From NCBI RefSeq assembly GCF_009914755.1, contig NC_060939.1: a stretch of DNA of 64,000 bases; one strand, 5' to 3'. Shown piece by piece: positions 15,135 to 28,680 of this stretch. The translations under genes and the position numbers were made by a program. A model generated the notes under the pieces. It was given only the letters and a program-made list of their open reading frames with translations, was not told the DNA's origin and did not search any database. Numbering within the stretch: position 1 is the stretch's first letter; the number at the start of each line of letters is the position of its first letter. Source of the stretch: the human T2T-CHM13v2.0 reference genome, Homo sapiens.

Positions 15135-15292
15135 CAAGAGAATCGCCTGGGGAATGTGTTCTGTTCAGCAGGCAGATTCCAAAGCCCTACCCCAGAATTC
15201 CTAAGGCAGACACTTTAGGGTGGCGCTGGAGACTCACTTGGTTGACAAGCTCCCCGGTGACACTGATGCATACTAAAGCTTGAACACCGCTG
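15135..15292. mobile_element. MER5A-like MITE
   Basis: gaatcgcctggggaa...gcagattcc...acaagctccccggtgacactgatgc...aaagcttgaacaccgctg. Confidence 0.65.
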
Positions 15293-16477
15293 CATATCAC
15301 AATCGTGAGCCAATGGTATCAGGAGGCACAGCCTTCCAGAAAGGACGTGTGATATCTCCTTAAATATACAGTGAAGGCTAACTGGAGCCACAGTCTCAGG
15401 ATATATTAATAATGAGTGACGTTTCCTTAGTCATTTCATCAAGGGGAGGGTGGCCTTGGAACTGTAGATGTGTTCTCATAGACACTCCTTTGGGTCTTTA
15501 CTTACTAAACAATACTGGACTGGGCAAGGCTCTGAGGACATAAAGGGAATTATCTGGCCAGTGGCACTGGAAGACAGAAAATGAAATTCTCACTAAGTCT
15601 GAAGGCTGGTCAGAGGCCAGGCCGGAGCACACCACCCACGCAGGACCAGGAGGGCCTTACCTCCTGCCCTCCCCACAGCCTCCTGGCATTCTCTGAAAGG
15701 TTTTCCCTGCACAGCAGTCCCTCCATTATGAGCCCTGGGACTCAAGAAGCTACAAAGCGATAAATCAATTATGAAATGGAAACCTCGATTACAGCCTGTC
15801 TGCTTAATTGTTTGACAAGTTAATTAATCTCCCAAGCAACTGGGCTCCATTCTCCCTGTAAATTGTGGGGAAATCGCAATAGCAGGTCCCTGAGGTCTTG
15901 GCAGTACAGTATCAATGAGGCTCCGGGAAAACTATGAATAATAAGCATTTAGTGGGGTCAGTGCCTCACCATAGGAATGAAGAGGTTTGCTCCAGCTCCT
16001 GCCTGGAGGCAGTTTTGTCACTAATTATTTTGCTACTAACTAATTACAATCTGTACTTGTCTGTGTATTTATTTATTTGTTTTCATTTTCTTTCCAAGAG
16101 ACACATTTCTTTCCTTTCAAATAATATCATGTGATTCCAGCAGCCAACGCTTCCAGATTGTTAAAAACACCAAGGTGGTGTCAGTCCCTCCCTCCCAGGA
16201 GGCTGGACTATTGTAGCTGCCATGATAAATGAGGCTGAACCTTCTGAGTGATGAAGATGGATATGTGTTATGGGTCTATCTGTCTGGCTGCATGAGGTGG
16301 CTGCTACTGTCTGAGACTTGTGATGATGTCATACTCTCCTGTCATCAGTGTTCAAGCTTTAGAAATTCCAAATGATGAAGAGAAATTGAGAAACCAAAGC
16401 ATGTCCATGTAGTCCAAGAGTTCTGTGCATTAGACTCACTTGGAGATCTTGTTAAAAACTGAAAGGACAAGTCCAAA

Positions 16478-16710
16478 TAGATAGATAGATCTCTCTCTCT
16501 ATATATATATGTGTGTGCATGTGTATATATAGGTCTGTCTCTATAGAGATACCTATCTACAGAGAGATATATATCTGTAGAGATATCTATAAAGACATAT
16601 CTATATATAATCTACATATAGATATATATAGATAGCGCTCTCTATAGATAGATATATAGAGAGCAATATCTAACTACCTACCTACCTACCTCTGAGAGAC
16701 AGAGTGTGTG
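16478..16710. repeat. Compound (TAGA)/(TA)/(TC)/(CCTA) low-complexity tract
   Basis: Read directly. Contains internal inverted repeats. Confidence 0.9.
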
Positions 16711-19030
16711 TAATACATCACAACGACATAGAGTTCATCTCAGGAATGCAAGGCTAAATCAGTATTCTAAAACCCATCAATGTAATCCACCATCTGAATA
16801 CTTTAAAAAATATAAGCCACATGATCATATCATTTGATGCTGAAAAAGCATAACATTGTTGATAAAATTCAATGTTCACTCATGAAAAAATCTCTAACCA
16901 AATTAGCAATAGAAGGAAACTTCCTCAACCCAGTAAAATATATTTACACAAAACTTATAACTCTTCATACTTAACGGTGAAAGACAAAATACTTTCTAAG
17001 ATTTAGGAAAAGAAAAGAATTTCTAAATTCACTGCTCCTATTCAACACAGTAGTAACATTTGTAGCCAATGCAATATGGCAAAAATAAAATAAAATAAAA
17101 TAAAATAAAATGCATACAGATTGGAAAGGAATGAATAAAACTGTCCCTATTTTAATCTGACATTTGCCAATGCAGAAAATTCAAAGGGATCTCAAAAAAA
17201 TCTCTCAAAACTAATAAGTGAGTTTATTAAGGTCACAGGTTACAGGGTCAGCAAACAAAAATCAATCATGATCCTGTATACCGGCAATATAGAATTGGAA
17301 ACCAAAACTTAAAAAAAAATAGTTTCAGAAAATAAAACGTTTTCTACAATATTCCAGAAAAAATGAAACAAGACATATACAAGATCCATATCATAAAAAT
17401 GACAAAACACTGCTGAGAAAAATCAAAGAAAATCTAAATGAATGGAGAGTTATGCCATGTTCACTGACTGGAAAACTCAAAATAGTAAATATGCTAATTC
17501 TTTGCAAATTAATCTATAGGTTTAATGCAATCTCTGTCAAAATTCTAGCAAAATATCTTTGTGGATATAGAGAAGAAAATTTACATGGAAGGCAAAAATC
17601 TACTATAGCTAAAACAATTTTGAAAAAAAGAATAAAGTTGGAGAAATTATATCATCCAATTTTAAGACGTAATGTAAAGCTACAGTAATCAAGCGAGTAT
17701 GGTATCGGCAAAGGGATAGGCATCCAGACCAATGGAATGGAATAGAGAATATAGGAATATATCTATGCAAATATAACTAATTTATTTTTGGCAAAGATGC
17801 AAAAGGATTTCAATAGAGAGATAATAGTTTCTTCTTTGTTGATTTGTTTTTCAACAAATGAACTGCAACAGTTGCACACTGTATGCAAAAAGGTCTTTTT
17901 TAAATGCCCTTCAACCTAAACTTCATGCCTTAAATAGATCATTCATCAAAAAACAAAACATAAATGTATAAAACTTTCAGAGGAAACACAAGGGAAACCT
18001 TCATGACCTGAGGTTAGGCAAAGAGTTCTTAGATATGACACAAAAAGCACAATCTGTTAAAGAAAAAATAGTTATTATCAAAATTTTTCAAATCCTGCTC
18101 TGTGAAAGACAGTGTTAAGATAATTAGAAGAAAAACCACAGACTTGCAGCAAATATTTGCAAATTGTGTATTGGACAAAGAGCTTGTAACTAGAATACAT
18201 AAAGAACTCTGAAAACTCAGTGCACATTTTTTAATGGGTAAAAGACAAACACGGACTGCTTCAAAGATTACTTAAGGATGACATAAGGACATAAAAATAT
18301 TTTCTACATCTTTAACCATAAGGAAAATGCCAATTAAAATTACAAGATGCCCCTGCATACCTACTAGAATTGTTAATATAAAAATAAAATATCAAGATCT
18401 GGGGAGGATATGGAGCAACTAGAATTCTCATACCTTGCTGCTGTGAATGAAAAATAGTATAGTCAGTCTGAAAATCAGTTTATCTGTTTCTTATAAAGTA
18501 AAACACACAATTACCATATGACTCTAGAGAAAAGAAAAAGCTTGTATTCATACACACAAAAGAATCTTGTGCCAGATATCTATAGAAGCTCTATTCATAA
18601 GCACCCCAAATTGGAAACCATCCAAATGCCCTTCAGTGAATGAATGGTTAAACAAATGCTATGCATTCCTGCAATGGAATACTACTTAGCAATAAAAGGG
18701 AACAAATCATTCATACTTGGATGACCCTCAAAGACTGAATGTAAAAATTCAGTCTCAAAAGATTATAGACATTGTGATCACATTTATATGACATCCTCGA
18801 ACAAACACAACTACAGTGACGGAGAACATACCAGTGGTTGCCTGGGGCTGGGTTTGGGGGAGTGTGCGAGTACAAGGGGATAGCACAAAGAAATTTTTTT
18901 GAGGTGATGGAACTATATTCTGACTGTGGAGGTGGTTACCCAAATCTATACATGTGTTAAAATTTTTGGAATATACACTAAAAAAGCCCATTTTCCTGTA
19001 TAGTTATTTACACACCAAATTTTTTAATCT
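16711..19030 (+). mobile_element. Old L1M (MD/ME-like) ORF2 plus 3'UTR, about 2.3 kb
   Basis: Degenerate ORF2. ORF 17452-17688 MPCSLTGKLKIVNMLILCKLIYRFNAI resembles L1 [27 protein letters not shown]. Old-type 3'UTR. (TAAAA)n at about 17081-17110. Confidence 0.9.
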
Positions 19031-19277
19031 ATATAGGAAATAGTAGAAAAAGAAAAAGCTAAGTCAGAAAGAGGAAAGAAAACTGCATGTGCAATGTCTT
19101 GGGTTCTTTCTTGGCAGCACTGGAAAATTAATAACTCTTCCTCAGTTCTCAGCACCTGGCCCGGCACCTGGTTGTGGCAATCTAGCTTCTGTTCTGGCTT
19201 CTCACATTGGAGACACCTGGATCAGAGACTTCAGACCATCTGGACAAAGGCTTTCTATTGGGCTCCACCCAGTTTCA

Positions 19278-19689
19278 CCTATAATTTGAATATGTGTCCC
19301 CTCTAAAACTCATTCTGAAATTTAATCCTCAGTGTGTCAGCATCAAGAAATGGAGCCTTTAAGAGGTAATTGTGTCAATGAGGGTTCTGCTCTCATTAAT
19401 AGATTCATAGATTAATGAATTAGTGGTTCATCATGAGTGTGAGGTTGGTGACTTTCTAGGAAGAGGAAGAGAGATTTGAGTCAGGCCACTCAGCTCTCTC
19501 ACCATGCGATTGCCCTGCAACACCTTGGAACTCTGCAGAGAGTCCCCAGCAGGAAGGTCTCACCTGAGGTGAACCTTCGACCTTGGACTTCTCAGCCTCC
19601 AGAATGGTAAGACATAAATGTTGTTCTTTATATATTGCCCAGTTTTAGATACTCTGTAACAGAGTGTTAGGCAACAGAAAATGAAGACA
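19278..19689 (+). mobile_element. MST-type (MSTC/D) MaLR solo LTR
   Basis: tataatttgaatatgtgtcccctctaaaactcat...ccttggacttctcagcctccagaa...gcaacagaaaatgaagaca. Confidence 0.85.
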
Positions 19690-20399
19690 GCTTTTTACCC
19701 TCACTGTCCATTAGCCTTCAAGGTTTGCTTTGCTGATCTTCCCATCTATAAACTAAATCCTAAATCAAAGACCAATAGTGATCAGCCCTAGTAGAATATT
19801 AGAATGACAGGTGATATTTAAAAATATCAGTACCTTACGGTTTCATCTCTTTGAATGAGCCCTTGGTGCCCTCATTTTTTAAGCCTTTCCCAGGAAAGCC
19901 TAACGTGAAAACGACTATGAAACAATGAAGATGATCTAGGTTGCTTCTCTGAGGTTTAGTAGAAACCCTCAGACTATGACCTCCAAAGTGCTGATGGGTG
20001 ATGAACACTAGGCACAAAGAAAGGCTGCAGATCTAGTTCAGCTCTAAGCCCGCCTGAGGCAAGGACTGTGGATCCAGGGACTGGAGGAGGCAGAGGAGGC
20101 AAGGTTTCACAAAGTTTCATGGGTGGTGCAGGGCATGCTCCTCTCTGGTTTCAGAGGTCATGGGGTGGGGGGGAAATAAAGAACATATTTGCAATAACTG
20201 AACAATTCTTTATGATCTGAGACTTTCCATGTGCTCTTTCTCACTGAATCCTTACAACATTCCTGTAGAAGAATGGCAACCATCAAATCAAGAAATTGGC
20301 CCAAAGCCCTACAGTCTGCAAACGTAAGTGATAAAACTAGGATTTTAGCAGCTAATAGTCTTAACCACTCCTCATTCTGAATCCAGTGAAAGTAACACA

Positions 20400-20590
20400 G
20401 GATTTATAATTACATGGATTTGGAATCAAATTGTCTTTCTAGCACTTACTAGGTAGATGACTGTGGGCAATTAAATCTGATTTCTCTGAGCCTCAGTTTC
20501 CTAATCTGAGAAAATGGGGATAATAACTGTCATTTAGAAAAAAAATAAATAAAAGAGTTACACAATAGAAATGTCATTCAATAAGTGATT
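20400..20590 (+). mobile_element. MIR
   Basis: tctctgagcctcagtttcctaatctgagaaaatggggataata core. Confidence 0.75.
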
Positions 20591-20746
20591 CCTCCTGCCT
20601 CATGTTCTAAGACATAATCCTGCCTTCCCACAGATCATAACAATTCATCCTGAAGTTTCTCCATGAATTGTGATGCTTTGCTACATCATTCTGCAATCCC
20701 AGAAGATTTTTTGCATATTTTTTTGCTATTACAGAAAAATCTCAGT

Positions 20747-20900
20747 CTCCCTCCCTCTCTCTCTCTCTCAATCTGTGTGTCTCTTTTACTCCATATCTCT
20801 GTGTGTGTCTCTTTTACTCCATATCTCTCTGTGTGTGTCTGTTTATGTCTCTCTCTCTCTCTCATCCTTCCCATGTTTCTCTCTCACACACACACACACT
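20747..20900 (+). repeat. (CT)/(GT)/(CA) low-complexity region with a 26-28 bp tandem duplication
   Basis: tctgtgtgtctcttttactccatatc repeated at 20772 and 20798. Confidence 0.85.
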
Positions 20901-22130
20901 CATTCACAGCTTTCAAAAGACACGTCTGTCCTTACCTTCACTTTTTGTTTTAAACAGCACACTCACTTTACTCTGAACTATACCTCACATGCACACGAGC
21001 TTTCTGCTCCATCTGTTCATCCCACATGTGTCTTCACATTCAAAGCAGCACCTTCCCCAAGACCAGCTACCTAACCACCTCCCACCTCCACCCCATCCCT
21101 AGTCAGAGGAAGGCCTGGTTCCCACCTGAATTCAGCTTTGTCAAAGAGCCTCCTGGAAAGCTGTCATCTTCAGTTAGTAGGGATAATGGGATTATTCTAT
21201 CTGTGTAATAATAACATGTTCAATTTAAAGAAAAAAATCTGAAGCCACTTAAAAGCTACTGTTTGGCACCGATACATTATTCCAGTAATGAATAATCATT
21301 AAAGATATTATTCTGGATGCAGTTACCATGCAGTGATGTGAATAAAATGCATTAGATGGAAAATTGTATTTCAAGTAAATATATGCACTGGTAGAAATGT
21401 ATTACCACCCACTAATATGTATTAATTCAAAACCAAATGCCAACTGGAGTTCGCCTACACGGGTTTGAATGGCAGGCAGTGATTTGGAAGTGGGAGGAAA
21501 TAGGTTTGGATTTGGTCAAATAGACTGAGAAGTGATAGTGGGGGCGGGGGTTTATGACTCAAACTTTAACAGGTGAGAAGACTATGCCATGGACAGAACA
21601 GGCATGAGGGGCTCCCCTCCTACGCCTCTTTAAGAGATTTTTATCTCTGACTAAGGATTACTGGTAGTTGTTGACATTTCTGAAGCAGTGGATCTTTTTC
21701 CTTTTTCACTATCTGCATCTTCAAATATTCTTTTCTGAAGAAAGTTAAAAGGAAGCCTGTACATTTTTTGCTAAGGTAAATGCCTTGCCATCTTATTTCA
21801 TTTTCTCATTTTTTTCTTCAGTGCACAACATAAGCAACTGTCCTCCTTGTCATACTCAAGATGAGCTTGGCATATCTGAAATCTGCAGGGATTTTCTCAT
21901 TAGCACAGGGTTCCAAGCCCAAACCGTGAAGATGGAGTTTTCATTTTTAAATGGCACATCTTCAAGTTCTTGCCCTGTCCTCACTTTAGTATGCCCCAGA
22001 GGAAGTCAAAGATATGGACACTCTAAGACTCAGAAGAACTTTCTCAGGCATTCATTTTCCTATCTATTTTGAGCCATTTTATTTAAAAGGTTACAATTTT
22101 AAACCTCTCTTTAATTAAAAGATACCAGAG

Positions 22131-22535
22131 TTACAATGCAATACTATTTGGCAATCAAAACTAATGAAGCACAGATGCATGCTACAACACGAATGAACTT
22201 TGAAACGTTGTGTTAAGTGAAATAAACCAGTTATTATACAAGGCCACATACTGTATGATTCCATTTGTATAAAATGTCCAAACTAAGCAAATCTGTAGAG
22301 ACAGAAATCAGATTGGTGGTTGTCTAGAGCTGGCGGGGGGAGGGATGGGGATTGTTCGAGGCAAATGGGGAGTGACTCACAAAGAGTACCAGTTTCTTTT
22401 TAGGGCAATAAAATCTTTTAAATTGATTGTGGTGACGATCACGTCTATGGGTATACAAAAAATCACGGAATTGTACAATGTAAACGGGTGAATCGTATGG
22501 CACATGAATTATATCTCAATAAAGTTTTTACCAAA
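22131..22535 (+). mobile_element. L1MB-type 3' end with surviving TSD
   Basis: L1MB 3'UTR ending tatatctcaataaag. TSD aaaaga(t/c)accagag at 22117-22130 and 22536-22549. Confidence 0.85.
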
Positions 22536-22549
22536 AAAAGACACCAGAG

Positions 22550-23330
<781 letters not shown>

Positions 23331-24399
23331 TGCATAATAAGGAAGAAAATTTGGAACAGGAGAAAGAGCACTGGAATGAGAGCCCCAACTTTGGATTTTA
23401 GATTTTTTAGTAGGTACTGGACATGGGGTGCTCATGCATCCTTGAATTTGGGGAGAGGCTCCAATGTCACTCAGGGATGGCCTCGGAATTTAAGAAGTGG
23501 GCTGCATGCACAGTCCACAATGGCCTAGTGTTGTGGGCCCACAATGGATATCATGCTGTGACCCATGGTGAAGGAAAGCATGGTCTAAAGAAAAGGTTAT
23601 GGCATGGCCCCATGGTATCTATTTTGTGGCTGGGCCATTGTGTTCCTTGGAATATGCAGACATGGGGGTGCAGGTCAGTGACATTGGAACCATGTAGCAT
23701 TCACATGAAACATTCCTAGCATGTGAGTTAATTATGAATGACCCCTTTAACATTTAAAAGTTCAACATTAGGTCTTTTTCTACCCAAGCAAGGTGACGGC
23801 AGCAAATTAAGTGCCTGCTGAATGTTATTCTCATAAACAGCTTCTCAAGGAAAGGTCAAAAGGAGTCTTTTCCTTTTATTAACCTGAATTCCTTGGTACA
23901 AATTGGAGTTGCTTATTCTATCTGTCCTCAGGTATGCCTGAATCTCTTAAGTATTTTACAGTTTCCATAAAGAGTACATTGATCTTATTACTCTTAAAAC
24001 CCAGCCATTTTCAGAATAAAATATATGCAGATCATATAATAATACTGTACAATTAATTCAGGGGAGATACAGTGAAGAAATATTTGTTGGGCTGAAGCCA
24101 GAGTAAGACCACCAAGAAGGTGAGATTACTGTAGCTCAAGATACCACTTACTTTCAGAGGAAAAAAAATGATTGCTTATTTGGTTAAATACTATAAATAT
24201 TCTTGATGAGAGGGAGAGAGACTTATTCTAGTGGCCTAGAGCTCAAGGAGAAAAGAGGAAGCTGTGTTGTAGGGGTGGGTGAAACACAGTAGTGGATGCA
24301 GCTAAGCTAACATGCATCAAGAATGAGTATAAGGTGGAAGAATGGGGACTTCAGTGCTGAGGCAGATTAACCCAATGTGGGAGAGTAAATCACAGCAAA

Positions 24400-24650
24400 A
24401 ACAGCAACAGGTAACACACAGCACTGTCTATGCACCAAGCAGCAATCTAAGTTATGTGCAAGATATTCATTGAATTCTCACAAGCAGCATTTGATATAGA
24501 TACTATTATTGTGTCTATTTTATAAAGGAGAAAACTGGGCTAAGAAAGGGAAAGTAATTTGCCCACTATTGTGCAGCTCATAAGTGGCAGCACCAAGCTT
24601 CAAATCATGACAATCTGGCTTGAGAGTCCCTAGCCTTAATCACATTTTCC
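24400..24650 (-). mobile_element. MIR
   Basis: tactattattgtgtctattttataaaggagaaaactgggctaaga...aagtaatttgccc. Confidence 0.75.
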
Positions 24651-24859
24651 TGGGAATTATGAAACTAGGAAATCCAAAGGCCTCAGGGAAGTTGTCATAT
24701 TAGGTTAGTATGCTTGACAATCTTCTCCCCAATGTTCCAATGCTAACTTTGTTATTTATAAGATATGTGGCCTTAGGCAACTTCCCTGGGCCCGTTTTCT
24801 CATGTGCAACTAAAGGCAGAGACAATGAGTGGACTCTGAAGGATCTATGCCCCTTTCCA

Positions 24860-25250
24860 GTGCAGAATTATTGCTGAGAAGTAACTTCTATGCCAGGGAC
24901 TACATTTCCCAGCCTGCCTTGCATCTAGATGGCATCACGTGACTGGTTCTCGCAAGTGGAATATAAGTAGAAGTGATGTGGCTAACTTCCAGGCCAAAAT
25001 GCAAGAGCATCTGTATGTGTTCCACATACTCTCTTCTTCTTTGGCAATCTTGGAGGTCATGTGGTACCAAGGGAGATGGTGTCCCAAGACTGAAGAGGGA
25101 TGGATCCCTGAGTCACCATTTGAAAGGTGCCCAGGAGTGCCACCCTGGTACATATGCATTGCACACTGCATGAGAGAGCAATAAATATTTATTAAGGCCC
25201 TAAAATTGGAGGGGTTTTTTTTTTTTTTTGGATGTAGCCCTTAGCCTGAT
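24860..25250 (+). mobile_element. MLT1 (H/I/J-type) LTR
   Basis: gactacatttcccagcctgccttgcatctag...gtagaagtgatgtg...ggatccctgagtcacc. Confidence 0.75.
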
Positions 25251-28200
25251 GAGGTTATTTTGGAATTTAAAAACTAAAACATAGGCAATGCACCTGTTTG
25301 GTGTCTGGCACTCAGGAGATACTCAAGCAATGCAAAGAGACAAACTAGATCTAGACAGCCATGGGAAAAGAACAACAGGTTGCCAAAAGGAAGCAGAAGC
25401 TGAAAGCAGTGCATGAACCCCAAGAATGCTACCTCTGGGAATCGTATCATTCAGGAAAAGACACCGGCTGCTCAACAGACTATGGCAGGGCAAGATCAGG
25501 AGACAAAAAGAATCCTGCCGGAAGCTGATTAGGCCAGACAGATTAGGGGAGGTAGAGGCACAACAGGGAACACTGGGCTGAGGCCAGTAGGAGATGCATT
25601 CAGAGAAAAGGAGGCACCATTGATATAAATAACACTCATGACTCATTCCAATTGTGCATTTCCCTGGACCTTCAGGTGATAAGAAAGAAGCTGAGGTGTC
25701 TACTCCCTGCCCCTTCTACTTTGCAAGAAAGAGAAGGCATGCAGCCTGTTAGGGTTCAGTGAAACCATGAAGATAGTTAAGGTCAAGATCAAATTGTACC
25801 CTCTCAGACCACTTATTAAAAACTCGGTGGTCATCTCAAGACTCAGAAAGCATCTCTAAGAGAAGGAAATAGTGCTGAACAAAGAAGTCAAAAAACCAGT
25901 TCAACATTTAACCCTTTCCAATGATGGGGCTATGTGTACTTGGTGCAACACCTTCCCTCACTAAACTTTAGTTTCTCTATCTGTAAAACCTGGGAAGTGA
26001 ACAAAGACAAGGGACCCACGTTAAAATGTTTCCAGGAATCTGGCTAGTAATGCAAATGTTCAAAGTGCACCTAATATAGCGTGGGGAAGTGAAGCCTGGG
26101 GAAAAGTCACATCTTGTTTAGGAGAACTGCCTTATAAAAACAAATAGATGAGTAAATAAAAAGTAAATACTCTGAGTGTTGGATAAGTATGCTTGCCAGC
26201 TTCTAGACTACAACTTCCAGGAGAGACAGCCCCCTGAGAACCCTATCAGTTCTCACACAATTTTGAGGTTCTGCTGATTTGCTCTACTGTTTGCTCCTTA
26301 AAGAAATGTGAGTTTGGTATATCCCCCTTGATTCCTAGAGGGGACGAGTCCATTTCAATCAAAGGGACAATAAAAGAATTGCTTGGATATCTGTGTGTAA
26401 AAGAGGAGTCTGATTTTATTCCCCAAGAGTTGTGGTTGGTTCCCTTAGGAACCCTTAGGAAGCAGAGCAAGGATCTCAGTGTGTTCCAGATCTTCTGTGC
26501 CCCCGTCCAGTTATCCTGCTTACCCCTGTGAATACGGAAGAAGCAAGGGGAAAAGCAAAGGCAGGGCGCCAGACTTTAGAGCTTCTGTGAGCATATCAGG
26601 AAAAAGCAGGTCCTCTGGGCAAGTGCAATACCTTGTGGATATGGGGTCTCTTTGGCTGATACCTCCATGCAGCAAAGAAATTGCATAACCAAGTTCAGCA
26701 GCCCTAAAGGGATGGAAGGAGATATCTGCACAGAGAACCCTGAGGGAGATGGTGGTGGTGAATGGAGGGCAAGTCCATATCACTGATAACAGATTCCTGT
26801 CACTCTGGACAGGCCTGGGGATGGAAAAAAACTCAAAATGACAAGGCAACAGAAGCCACAGTGTCACCTCTGCCTACATAAGCATCCTAGTCTCCCTGTT
26901 ATTGGCTCAGTTCGGTAACGGTTCTTAACAATGAATATACTTTTGGGTAACATTTTTTTTTTTCTGCAAGAGCTTGACATGGGTCCTATAACTCCTTAGG
27001 ACAACAGCTGGCTCTGTGTCCCAATTAATATGGAAGGTGACGGGTAGCCTTCCCTCACCTGCATGTGAGCTCAGCAAAAAGACCTCCTGCAGTTTTCCCT
27101 AGAGGACAGTGAATTTGCCCTTTATCAGGTCTTATATTCATGTGATCAGTTCTCCCTTCTCCCCCAGAATGACTCTTGACTTCTGCCTCCAATTCCTAAG
27201 TGTGTATTTTATAAAAGTGCCACTTCAACACCCCATTTCTTAGAGCTCTTTTAAAATGTGCTTTGCACCCTCCCCACCTGCTGAAGCCCAGAAATACTAA
27301 ATTCTTTGCTTTGGAACTCTCGGCAGACTCATGAATATCACAAAGACGCATCCTAGCATCTTTTCACTCCAGCCCCCAACAAGTTGATACTCGGCGCACG
27401 TTTCCAAAGAAAAGGCCAGTAATTGGTTTTGCTGGGGGAACAACCTCAGAGATAAATGTCCTGTGTACAGTCATTTACCTTCCCTGGGTGTGTGTGTGTT
27501 TCTGTCTTGGGTGCTGGTCCCTCTCATTGCTCACTCCCCACACCTGAAATGCCATCATGGTGACAGAGGGACTGTCAGAGCTGTCAGCAGACAGCTTTTG
27601 GCAAAGGTGTATCATTTAGAGGAAAGAAGGCTTGCTTTCCAGGCTCAGGCAGACAGGCACATGGCTCCCAAATCAATTTGCTCCTCCTGCATGCAAGCCT
27701 TCTTTATAGTTATTATGCCAGAGTAAGAAAGCTTTAAAAAGAAAGGCTATTTGGCAATACCTGTATTAATTTGCATATAGTGAGAGGTACGTGTGTGAGG
27801 GGAAAGAGCCGTGTGAAATCTGAATCCTCCTCTCCTACAGAAGGAAATCAAGCAGCTTCTCATCGAATTCGAGGGTGCCATGTTCTGGTGCCTGTCTCTC
27901 TGGCCTCTCAAGGTATCCCTTATTTGTCATGCCCTTCTGCTCTCCCATGCACATCTGCAGCAGCTCCATCAAGCTCTGTTGTAATTCTGCAATGTGCCAA
28001 GTGCTCTGGCACCTCAGCATGGTGCACGTGATACCTCCTATGCCTGAGGACCCCTTCCCAACTTGGTGGCCCTCCTAACCCTACTCATCTTTTTGATTTG
28101 TATGAGTGTCACCTGCTCTAGAAGCCTTCTTTGACATCTCAGTTCCAGTCTATTTCTTCATTTCCCTTAGTTCCCTGAGGCACTCTGACTGTAGGGCCTC

Positions 28201-28479
28201 TCAAAGAAGTGGGATTGTATGTCTAGGGTACTTCTCTACCTCCCCATCTAGGATTGGTGAGTTCCTCAGGATAGAGCTGATTGCATTGATCTGTGGGGCC
28301 CTCCAGACCTTTGAGACAGTCTGTGAACAGGATGTCAACGTATCCTCAAATCCTGCTAAGCCATGGTACTGACTTCTTAAAAATGGAAGTGAGGAGGAGG
28401 GCTTCACACTTACCACCTGCAAGAGACCTTTACTGTTTGGCACCATTCTCAAGGGGTAAGAGGGAGAGTATTTTGTTTA

Positions 28480-28680
28480 GATTTGGATACTCTTGGGTTT
28501 TCATTCCAGCTCCATCCCACTCAAGCTATGTGACTTTAATTAAAGCACTCAGCTTTTCCAGGCTGCAGTTGTCTGATCTGTGAAAGGTGGATAATGGCAG
28601 CTCCTATCATTGTATGGATTAGAGATGATGCGTGAAGTGCTGCACCATGTAGTGGGGGCACCAGATGCCCGATATTAGCA
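28480..28680 (+). mobile_element. MIR
   Basis: ttgggttttcattccagctcc...gctatgtgacttt...gatctgtgaaaggtggataatg. Confidence 0.65.
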
